Assembly (NCBI GenBank): GCA_000092065.1
Contig: CP000584.1
From: Ostreococcus lucimarinus
Lineage: Eukaryota
DNA: 64,000 nt
Strand: one strand, 5' to 3'
The position numbers and the translations under genes were made by a program. Below the pieces are notes generated by a model. It had not been told where the DNA came from, did not search any database, and saw only the letters and a program-made list of their open reading frames with translations. Below, in pieces: positions 1 to 8,311 of the stretch (the first letter of the stretch is position 1; every line of letters starts with the position of its first letter).

Positions 1-373
1 CGCGCTCGCGCGCTCGAGCGATGCGTCCACGACGGCGTCGACGTCGTCTCGAGCGTGCGCGCGCAGAAGATTCAATGCGCGCGCGACATCGCTCGTCGTC
101 TCGTCGTCGAGAGACGACGACGCGCGCTTGAGCGACTTCGAATCGGCGTCGAAGACGACGCGAAGCGCGCTCGCGAGCGACGGCGTCGACGACGCCATCG
201 CGCGCGCGTCTGACACCGCGGTTTGCGTCTGGTTCGACAGCGCGAAGCGACGCGCAAAGTTAACAATCATTTGGCTTCAATCAATCGGTCTAAGGCGCGG
301 CGCTCGCCGCGCGCTCTATAATTTCGTGCTACTTATGCTACTGTGCTACGTCCCGCTCCTCCTCGTCGAGGTT

Positions 374-1417
374 CTACTGATTTGGTCGCCACTTGGGCGT
401 CTGCGGCGATTTCTGCAACACGCCGGATTCGCGGAAAGTCACGCTCACGCGTCTGTTTCCGTGTAAATTCTCGTTTGCGATGGAGTGCATGTAATCATAT
501 CGCGTGCTACCGCTCTGAATCTGTAAGCTTCGTCGCGGCAACCGCACGTCGACGCGCTTGCTCGCAAACTTTTCGTGAGAATACGTCATCGTACAATCGC
601 TGCAAAGCGACAGGTTAACGAGGATGTCACTCGAGAGCTGACGATCGTCACAGTGCGGAGTCAGCACCGAACCCAAGTCCTTGCGATAGTTGATCGCGTT
701 GCACTCGTTCGGAGTGAAATGCTTCAACGTCTCGTGCGCCGCGGCGAATTTTGCGACGACGAGGTCTCGTAAAATCTTCGGCATCGGCACTCGCGCGGGC
801 TCGACGCAGCGTTTCAATAGATTCGGCTCGACGCCGTACTTCTTCCCCTGATGCGCACCATTAAAACTCGAATCTCTCCACGGACCCGCGGCGATGTCGT
901 CGTCCAGCCAGTCCACTATCCGTCGCTCCTCGTCCTCCGTGATGAAATTTTCCAAGATATAGTGCCCGGGGAGTTTCACCTTTGCCTGCAATTTCGCCCC
1001 GCGCGCGAGCGCCGCGAACGCATCCGACCTCGCGCCGTCGCTCCTCGCGCCGCATTCGCCCGCGCGCGCGATCCATCCGCCCTCCAAGTCATCTTTCGCC
1101 ACGAACCCCGTCGTCGTTCGTCCCGTGTGCGCGCGCCGTCCTCTGTAATCCTCTCGCACGTCCCTCCGCTTCTCGCTCGACGGCATCTTCCCCGCCTCGT
1201 CGCGCAGGCGCGGACGCTTTCCGTCGCACGCGCTCGCGTGCGCCTCGATCACCGCGCTCGACACGTGCCGCGAGCACATCGGGCACGGCACGAGCGTCGA
1301 CGGTTTTCGCGCCGATGCCGACGGCTTTCGAACGCCACCGCGCGTCGTCGTCGTCGTCGTCGACTTGGCGCGTCGCATGAGCGCTTGAAACGCATCGCGC
1401 GCGTCGTCGCGCGTCAT
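374..1417 (-). CDS. AlkB-like 2OG-Fe(II) dioxygenase with an N-terminal Rad18-type UBZ4 (C2HC) zinc finger
   Basis: The ORF starts at an ATG (cat at 1415-1417 on the + strand). The N-terminus has CPMC-x12-H-x3-C, a C2HC zinc finger. The C-terminal half has the 2OG-oxygenase signatures HCDD (HxD), a second His (YMHSI) and RVSVTFR (RxS). The pattern NAINYRKDLGSVLTPHCDD resembles ALKBH proteins. Confidence 0.7.
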   Translation of the reverse strand: MTRDDARDAFQALMRRAKSTTTTTTRGGVRKPSASARKPSTLVPCPMCSRHVSSAVIEAHASACDGKRPRLRDEAGKMPSSEKRRDVREDYRGRRAHTGRTTTGFVAKDDLEGGWIARAGECGARSDGARSDAFAALARGAKLQAKVKLPGHYILENFITEDEERRIVDWLDDDIAAGPWRDSSFNGAHQGKKYGVEPNLLKRCVEPARVPMPKILRDLVVAKFAAAHETLKHFTPNECNAINYRKDLGSVLTPHCDDRQLSSDILVNLSLCSDCTMTYSHEKFASKRVDVRLPRRSLQIQSGSTRYDYMHSIANENLHGNRRVSVTFRESGVLQKSPQTPKWRPNQ

Positions 1418-1720
1418 CGTCCCGCGCGCGTCGCGCGCTGCCGCGCGTCGTCCGTCGTCCGTCGTCGTTGAGGGGGTCGCGATGAGTCCTCACTCAAGAA
1501 TGGATCTTCGAAGGTCCGTGTGTTACGTTGAAATGTTGAACCGTTACCGCGGGGTCGCGCTCGATCGCGCGCGCGCGCACACGACGACGCGCGCGCACGC
1601 CCGCGCACGCCCGCGAACGCACGAAGCGATCGCGCGCGCGACGATACGCGCGATCGAACGCGAACCGCGCGCGAACGCGACGGAACCGCGCGACGAACGG
1701 GCGCATTCGCGTCGAGCATT

Positions 1721-4714
1721 ATGATGATCTCTGGCGCGTCGGCGACGCTGCGACGCGACGCGACGGCGCGATGCGCGGGCGGGAGGACGACGCGCGCGCG
1801 CGCGACGATGAAACGCGCGATGGTGCGTCGGCGCGCGGTGTCGTCGACGGGAAACGCGGAGAAGGATGCGCGATCGGCGGTGTCGATCGAGATCGATACG
1901 ACGACGGAGGCGGATTACACGGTGATCCACATTCGAGACGCGCCGAATAAGCCCGGGACGCTGCGAGTGATCACCACGGCGCTGGCGGACTTGGGGTTGA
2001 ATATCGATAAGGCGATCGTGGACGCGGCGAACGACGATCGGGTGAGCGATTGCTTTCACGTGACGGATACGAGCGGGGCGAAGGTGACGGACGCGGAGGA
2101 CGTGGAGAACATTCGGACGTGCTTGGCGATGATTTTGAAGACACACTTCCAGAGCGGGAGCGATGTGGCGCGACACGATGGGGATGAACGTCGGAGCTCG
2201 GCGCCGCAAGGTACGGATGAGCGAAGACAGCACGACTTGTTGTATTCGCTCATGGACAGGTATCTGCGAAACGACGTGATGAGCGTGCAGGAGTCAATCG
2301 TGAATCACGTCGAGTACACGATGGCGAGAAATAGGTACCAGTTTGATGACTTTGAGGCGTACAACGCGGCCGCATTTTCGGTTCGCGATCGTCTCATCGA
2401 AAGCTGGAACGACACGCAGCAATACTTTCGAGAAAAGAGCCCGAAGCGCGTGTACTACATGTCGATGGAGTTTTTGATGGGTCGCTCGTTGTTGAACTCG
2501 CTGTACAACTTGGACATCAAGCCGCAGTACACCGAAGCGTTGCGTCAGCTTGGATACGAGTTAGAAACGCTCGTAGATAAGGAACGCGACGCCGCGCTCG
2601 GGAACGGTGGTTTAGGTCGCTTGGCTTCTTGCTTTTTGGACTCGATGGCGACTCAGGATCTTCCGGCGTGGGGGTACGGCATTCGATACCAGTATGGTAT
2701 GTTCCGTCAAACCGTGAACGATGGCTTCCAGCACGAGCACCCCGATTACTGGCTGAACTTTGGTAATCCTTGGGAAATCGAGCGTCCATACATCAGCTAT
2801 CCCATCAAGTTTTACGGCGGCGTAGAGAAACAAATCATCGACGGCCACGAAGTCAACAAGTGGGTGGGTGGCGAAGATATCAGCGCCGTAGCGTACGACA
2901 ACCCGATTCCGGGCTGGAACACGCCAACGACGATCAACCTCCGATTGTGGAGCGCGAAACCATCGCGGGAGTTTGACTTGGAGTCGTTTAACACCGGGGA
3001 TTACGTGCAAGCGATTTTGGCAAAGCAGCGCGCTGAAACGATTTCATCCGTGCTCTACCCGGACGATCGTACGTACCAAGGCAAAGAGCTTCGCTTGAAA
3101 CAGCAATACTTCATGGTGTCTGCCACCATCCAGGACATTATTCGCCGCTACTTGGTGAATCACGACTCGTTTGACGAGTTCCCGAACCAAGTCGCGGTGC
3201 AGCTGAACGATACGCATCCTTCTCTCGCCATCCCGGAGTTGTTGCGCCTGCTCATCGATGAGCATGGGCTTTCGGACACGAAGGCTTGGGAAATCACTTC
3301 GAAGGTCTTCAGTTTCACCAACCACACCGTGCTCGTGGATGCGCTCGAGAAATGGCCGGTCGATTTGCTCGAAAAGGTGCTCCCGCGCCACATGCAAATC
3401 ATTTACGAAATCAACTGGAAATTCATCAGCGATCTCAGCCAGAAGCGCGGCGAAGACTTTGCGCTCTTTGGTCGTACGAGCATCATCGAAGAAACTACGG
3501 AAGGAAAACTCGTGCGCATGGCGCACCTCGCCATGGTCGGCTGTCACACCGTGAATGGCGTGGCCGAGGTCCACAGCGAACTTCTCAAGACGCGCATGTT
3601 TCCAGACTTTTACGAGTTGGCGCCGGAGAAGTTTCAAAATAAGACAAACGGCGTCACCCAACGCCGCTGGCTCGCCTTCAGTAATCCGGCCCTCCGTGAT
3701 TTGATCTCCAGCAAACTTGGCGGCGACTCTTGGATTCGCGAATTGGACATGCTCCATGATTTGGACAAGTACGCTGAAGACCCCGAGTTCCAAGCGCAGT
3801 GGCGCGCCATCAAGCTCGAGAATAAGAAGAAGTTAACGAAATTGATCGAGGAAAAGACGGGGACAGTGGTGAGCCCAAACGCTTTGTTTGACATTCAAGT
3901 CAAGCGCATCCATGAGTACAAGCGTCAGTTGCTCAACGTATTCTCTGTGATTCACCGGTACAATAAGATCAAGGCGGCGACGCCGGAGGAGCGCAAAGAA
4001 ATGGTACCGCGCGTCGTCGTCATCGGCGGCAAGGCTGCGCCGGGTTACGACATGGCCAAGCGCATCATCAAGCTCGTCTGCGCGGTGGGGGAGAAGGTGA
4101 ACAACGACCCTGACGTGGGTGACTTGCTTAAGCTCGTTTTCATCCCCGACTACAACGTCAGTAGCGCCGAAGTCATCGTACCCGCTGCGGAGCTGTCCCA
4201 GCACATCTCCACCGCCGGCACGGAGGCGTCGGGAACGTCCAACATGAAGTTTGCCATGAACGGTTGCTTGATCATCGGCACCATGGACGGTTCCAACGTC
4301 GAAATCGCAGAAGAGATCGGCAAACGTAACATGTTCATCTTCGGTGCGAACTCGGCAGATGTCCCAATCTTGCGCTCGGAGCGCGCGCGCTTCAAGCCGC
4401 CGCCCGAATTCGACGGCATAGTCGAACAGATTCGCGGCGGCGCCTTTGATTGGGCAGACTTCCTCAATCCGGTGTGCGACGCCGTGCACGGTGGTGCCGA
4501 TTACTACTTGCTCGCAAACGACTTCGAGGATTACATCCGCGCCCAAGACCTCGTCGATGAAACATACAAGGATCAGGCCAAGTGGACCACGATGAGCATC
4601 AAATCCACCGCCGGTTCCGGCAAGTTTAGCAGCGACAGAACGATTCGCGAGTACGCTAAGGATATCTGGGGCATCGAACCGTGCCGCCGTCCGGAACCTG
4701 GAAATCCGCGATAA
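1721..4714 (+). CDS. Alpha-1,4-glucan (starch/glycogen) phosphorylase of family GT35, with an N-terminal presequence and ACT domain
   Basis: The 997-aa ORF has an ATG at 1721. Residues about 65-140 (YTVIHIRDAPNKPGTLRVITTALADLGLNIDKAIVD...) look like an ACT fold. The rest is a canonical phosphorylase, including the pyridoxal-phosphate motif EASGTSNMKFAMNGCLIIGTMDGSNVEI and the NGGLGRLA signature. The Arg/Ala/Thr-rich N-terminus suggests organelle targeting. Confidence 0.9.
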   Translation: MMISGASATLRRDATARCAGGRTTRARATMKRAMVRRRAVSSTGNAEKDARSAVSIEIDTTTEADYTVIHIRDAPNKPGTLRVITTALADLGLNIDKAIVDAANDDRVSDCFHVTDTSGAKVTDAEDVENIRTCLAMILKTHFQSGSDVARHDGDERRSSAPQGTDERRQHDLLYSLMDRYLRNDVMSVQESIVNHVEYTMARNRYQFDDFEAYNAAAFSVRDRLIESWNDTQQYFREKSPKRVYYMSMEFLMGRSLLNSLYNLDIKPQYTEALRQLGYELETLVDKERDAALGNGGLGRLASCFLDSMATQDLPAWGYGIRYQYGMFRQTVNDGFQHEHPDYWLNFGNPWEIERPYISYPIKFYGGVEKQIIDGHEVNKWVGGEDISAVAYDNPIPGWNTPTTINLRLWSAKPSREFDLESFNTGDYVQAILAKQRAETISSVLYPDDRTYQGKELRLKQQYFMVSATIQDIIRRYLVNHDSFDEFPNQVAVQLNDTHPSLAIPELLRLLIDEHGLSDTKAWEITSKVFSFTNHTVLVDALEKWPVDLLEKVLPRHMQIIYEINWKFISDLSQKRGEDFALFGRTSIIEETTEGKLVRMAHLAMVGCHTVNGVAEVHSELLKTRMFPDFYELAPEKFQNKTNGVTQRRWLAFSNPALRDLISSKLGGDSWIRELDMLHDLDKYAEDPEFQAQWRAIKLENKKKLTKLIEEKTGTVVSPNALFDIQVKRIHEYKRQLLNVFSVIHRYNKIKAATPEERKEMVPRVVVIGGKAAPGYDMAKRIIKLVCAVGEKVNNDPDVGDLLKLVFIPDYNVSSAEVIVPAAELSQHISTAGTEASGTSNMKFAMNGCLIIGTMDGSNVEIAEEIGKRNMFIFGANSADVPILRSERARFKPPPEFDGIVEQIRGGAFDWADFLNPVCDAVHGGADYYLLANDFEDYIRAQDLVDETYKDQAKWTTMSIKSTAGSGKFSSDRTIREYAKDIWGIEPCRRPEPGNPR

Positions 4715-4893
4715 CCTTCTTCCCACGTTTTCACTATTGCTGTATCAGTAACTACCGCTGTAATTCCATCTACACGCATCGTCCGTGCGCGCCGACCCCT
4801 CGCGTCCCGGTCAACTGTTTACTTTCAAAACGTCATCGTCGTCATCACCGGTCACCCTCAAACCTCGGCGTCGCGCGCTCGCGCGCCCCGGTC

Positions 4894-6846
4894 ATGATTC
4901 CAGACCTCTTACTCGCCCTCATGGGCGTCCCCGGCGACGTGTTCGAGCTCGATCCGACGTCGAACGACGCCGTCGTCGACCGACTCAGAGTCGCCGATGG
5001 CTTGCACTTTATAAAACGACACGAAGTCGAACGACTGAACGCCCTCGTGCGCGTCGGCGGCGCGTACCGAACGCTCGAACGCGTGACGACGATCGAAAGC
5101 ACGAAAGCGTCGTTCGCGACGACGCCGCAGTCGCTGTACCGACGAGCGCTCGCGATCGGAATTCAAGAAAGATTGCGCGAGTACGAGGAGGAAATTTTAA
5201 AACTGGAACAAGAGACGCTGCGACGAGGAACGACGAGCGGAGCGGTGAATGCGATCGAAAGCGCGCTGAGCGATGATGGTGCGGTGTTGACGATGATGTG
5301 CGAACGCTTTGTCTCGGTGTTTGAAGGGGAGAATGCGCTGAGGGGGGGAGATGTGATTCGACAAACGCGCGACGCGTGGCTTCGAGCGGGACATCCCGCG
5401 GCGCGCGAGGCGTGCGGGAGATTGTATTGGAAGGTGATGCAGGTGATGATGCAGCAATTGTTAGGGTGGTGTGCGCACGGGACGATCGTGGATCCGTACG
5501 ATGAGTTTTTCGTGCGGACGATCGCGCGGAAAGAGGGGTACGAGGTGAAGGATGACGCGAAGGATGACGGGAGCGTGATTTGGCACGAGAGCCATCGCGT
5601 GGCATTGGAACGTTTGCCGCCGGGGGTGGAGCTGTCCACGGCAGAGTCGGTGTCGTTCATCGGACGTGGCGTGCGTATACTGACACATCCGACGAGAGGT
5701 GGGAATATGCGTGGTCATTTCGATGCGGATGGGTACGCCATGCGCGCGACGTCGCGCATTCGGCGTCTCGCCGCGGCGGAGTCATTCGATCCTCGCGACT
5801 TTGAAGCGGAGGTGGAGGCTATGCGCTCGGAGATCGCGGCATCGTTGGGTGAGGTGTTGTTGAACGATTCTGGCTTGATATCGCACTTGAACGCGATGTG
5901 TGGGTTCTACTTTCTCGGAAAGGGTGACTTTTATACCACGTTTTTGGACGAGGCGCGCGAGCTCTTCTCGTTGCCACCCAAACCGGGAAGCGCGACGCGC
6001 GAGCTGTCCACGCCGTTCGCGCAAGCCGCCGTGAGTACGATCGTCGACGAAGCATTAGCATCAAGGTTTAGATTAGCGTACACGTCTGCGTTGACGCAGC
6101 AGTCTGAAGATGAAAAATCTTCGACAACCGCGACGCCGTCTAGCGCGTTTGTGCCTCGCGTGCGTATTCCCGAGTATGACGCTTGGGACGGCGTTAGCCT
6201 CGAGTGTGAGGTTCACTGGCCCATGGGTATTTTTCTCACAAACGACACCCTGGATAGATACAAGACGATATTTAAGTACCTCTTCCGGCTCAGGCGCGTG
6301 CACTTTGATCTTCAAGATGCGTGGATTCATTTACGTCGAAGCGGTTTGACGCGGACGCTTCGACTTCGTCACGTGATGGATCAGTTGATTGAAAACTGGC
6401 GCACGTATATTCAAGTCGATGTCATCGAAACGGAGTTCAAGAAAATGCTCGATAAGATTGCTGAAACGACGGATTTTAACAAGTGTGCGCTCGCACACCG
6501 GCAATATCTCGCCGCCATCATGGCGCACTCATTTCTCGACGTCGGTTCAATCATGACAATTTTCGAAGACATTTTCGGGCTCGCGCGAGAGCTGTGCGAG
6601 ACGAGCGCGCGATACGCCAACGGACAACCGCTACCTGCAGATTGGGACGAGCGCATCGCGTATCTGACTCGGCAGTTTGAAAAGAACTCTGTTGAACTTT
6701 ACGACAACTTGCGCGGCGGTTACGTCGTAGAACTGCCCGAATTGCGAGCGTTGTTGATGCGATTCAATTTCAACGAATTCTTCGAGAACACGACGTCGAT
6801 GGGGGTGAACTTGACCGCGATGAAGTTCGATAACCTAGATATGTAA
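4894..6846 (+). CDS. GCP4: Gamma-tubulin complex component 4 (GCP4, GRIP-motif protein)
   Basis: The internal ATG at 4894 gives MIPDLLLALMGVPGDVF, matching the GCP4 N-terminus (MIHELLLALSGYPGSIF). Conserved GRIP1/GRIP2 regions are present (DFYLLGRGELF-like GDFYTTFLDEA, and WPMGIFLT / YKTIFKYLFRLRRV / YIQVDVIETEF). The upstream part of the track ORF (4681-4893) overlaps the phosphorylase 3' end and is discarded. The stop lies inside TGTAA. Confidence 0.8.
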   Translation: MIPDLLLALMGVPGDVFELDPTSNDAVVDRLRVADGLHFIKRHEVERLNALVRVGGAYRTLERVTTIESTKASFATTPQSLYRRALAIGIQERLREYEEEILKLEQETLRRGTTSGAVNAIESALSDDGAVLTMMCERFVSVFEGENALRGGDVIRQTRDAWLRAGHPAAREACGRLYWKVMQVMMQQLLGWCAHGTIVDPYDEFFVRTIARKEGYEVKDDAKDDGSVIWHESHRVALERLPPGVELSTAESVSFIGRGVRILTHPTRGGNMRGHFDADGYAMRATSRIRRLAAAESFDPRDFEAEVEAMRSEIAASLGEVLLNDSGLISHLNAMCGFYFLGKGDFYTTFLDEARELFSLPPKPGSATRELSTPFAQAAVSTIVDEALASRFRLAYTSALTQQSEDEKSSTTATPSSAFVPRVRIPEYDAWDGVSLECEVHWPMGIFLTNDTLDRYKTIFKYLFRLRRVHFDLQDAWIHLRRSGLTRTLRLRHVMDQLIENWRTYIQVDVIETEFKKMLDKIAETTDFNKCALAHRQYLAAIMAHSFLDVGSIMTIFEDIFGLARELCETSARYANGQPLPADWDERIAYLTRQFEKNSVELYDNLRGGYVVELPELRALLMRFNFNEFFENTTSMGVNLTAMKFDNLDM

Positions 6847-6850
6847 AATA

Positions 6851-6922
6851 GAATGAGTGTTCATTACAACCCACTATGAAGAAATTGAATGAGTGTTCGT
6901 TACAACCCACTATGAAGAAATT
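6851..6922. repeat. Two copies of a 36-bp tandem duplication with one mismatch; copy 2 contains the last 8 codons and stop of the M20 peptidase gene
   Basis: gaatgagtgttcattacaacccactatgaagaaatt is followed directly by gaatgagtgttcgttacaacccactatgaagaaatt. Copy 2 read on the minus strand gives ...EFLHSGL*. Confidence 0.85.
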
Positions 6923-8231
6923 CGAGCGCGTACATCGCGTGCAAAGCGACGCCAGACGTCAAGACGCTTTCATCCAGAATGTACTTCGTGCTATGCAAAG
7001 GATGCGTCGCACCGGCGGTTTCGTTGTACGCTCCGAGCCACATCATGGCAGATGGGTAAGTTTCCCCGAAAAACGAGAAATCTTCCGCGGGCATGACTGG
7101 CACGACGTCGCGCGTGCTCTCGCTTCCGAACAGTTGCGCGGCGACGTTCATCGCCAACCCTGCGGCTCGCGGGTCGTTCACCGTCGGTGGATACGGAATT
7201 CGCTTCACGCCATTGTGCTCAGGTTCAAAAGATGTCGCTGCCGTGCAACCGTGCGCGCTGGCGATGGCAGAAGCCATGTCGGCAATTTTCTGTTGAAATT
7301 TCGCAAAAGTCTTCGGATTGAGCGCTCGCAACGTGCCTTGCAAACTCGCCGTGTCTGGCATGATGTTGCTCGCCGTTCCCGAGTTGAACACGGTGACGCT
7401 GATCACCACGCTATCTAACGGATCCGTCAATCGACTCACGAGCGTCTGCAACGCGGTGACGATCGCGCTACCCGCGACGATGACGTCCACGTTGTTGTGC
7501 GGCACCGCCGCGTGTCCGCCGCGTCCGACGACGACGACGTCGAAGCTCCCCGCTCCAGCCATGATCGTTCCACCGCGCGTGCCCATCGTCCCACTCGGCA
7601 TTTCAGGATACGGCCAATTATGTAATCCAAACACGCTTTCAATCGGCGGTTTCAAATCCAGCATTCCCGTCGTCCCGTCGCTCGGCCGCAACATTTCCTT
7701 CGCCCCCGCCCCGCCTTCCTCCGCCGGTTGAAATATGAACCGCACCACTCCCGGCACGGACGTCTCATCCGCGTCGTACCTCGCCTTTATCACCTTCGCC
7801 GCGCCGAGTAACATCGCCACGTGTCCATCGTGTCCACACGCGTGCATTTTTCCATCGTTCTCGCTCGCGTACGCCAACCCGGTGTCCTCGCGCAGCGGCA
7901 GCGCGTCCATATCCGCTCTCAACCCCACGCTTCGTTCGCCTCGTCCGACGCGCGCGACGATCCCCGTGGACGTCACTCGGTCGTATTCGATCCCGTGCGC
8001 GTCGAGCTCGCGCGCGATGACGTCCGCGGTGGCGCGTTCGGTCCACATGAGTTCGGGATTTTTGTGGATTTCTCGTCGCAGGTCGACGACGTAATCGTGC
8101 GTCGCGCGCGATTGCGACAGGATTTCGCGCGCATCGACGTTTGATGACGACGCGGCGATATCGCGCAGCGTCGTCGCGTCCAGGGCGAGCGCCGCGGGGA
8201 CGTGGGCGAGGAAGAACAGCGCTCTGAGCAT
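6900..8231 (-). CDS. Secreted M20-family metallopeptidase, IAA-amino acid hydrolase (ILR1)-like amidohydrolase
   Basis: The ORF is 443 aa with an ATG (cat at 8229-8231). It has an N-terminal signal peptide (MLRALFFLAHVPAALALD). M20 metal-binding motifs are present (MHACGHDGH, FQPAEEGGAGA). The overall pattern matches ILR1/amidohydrolase family members. Confidence 0.85.
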   Translation of the reverse strand: MLRALFFLAHVPAALALDATTLRDIAASSSNVDAREILSQSRATHDYVVDLRREIHKNPELMWTERATADVIARELDAHGIEYDRVTSTGIVARVGRGERSVGLRADMDALPLREDTGLAYASENDGKMHACGHDGHVAMLLGAAKVIKARYDADETSVPGVVRFIFQPAEEGGAGAKEMLRPSDGTTGMLDLKPPIESVFGLHNWPYPEMPSGTMGTRGGTIMAGAGSFDVVVVGRGGHAAVPHNNVDVIVAGSAIVTALQTLVSRLTDPLDSVVISVTVFNSGTASNIMPDTASLQGTLRALNPKTFAKFQQKIADMASAIASAHGCTAATSFEPEHNGVKRIPYPPTVNDPRAAGLAMNVAAQLFGSESTRDVVPVMPAEDFSFFGETYPSAMMWLGAYNETAGATHPLHSTKYILDESVLTSGVALHAMYALEFLHSGL

Positions 8232-8311
8232 GGCTCGAGCGTCGCGGTGTGGCGCGACGCCGCGCGCGGGACGGGACGGCTGTTCGCTACGCTACATTTT
8301 TGATGTACACG

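Noticed and set aside
128-466. 112-aa + ORF at the left edge, possibly the 3' end of an upstream gene
   Set aside because: It overlaps the 3' end of the AlkB-like gene and shows no recognisable domain. The window edge prevents assessing an upstream partner. It is left unannotated.
1544-2233. 229-aa minus-strand ORF, plus the similar ORFs 3044-3793 and 3833-4726, within the phosphorylase gene
   Set aside because: They are antisense to the phosphorylase CDS, have an Arg-rich composition, and no recognisable domains.
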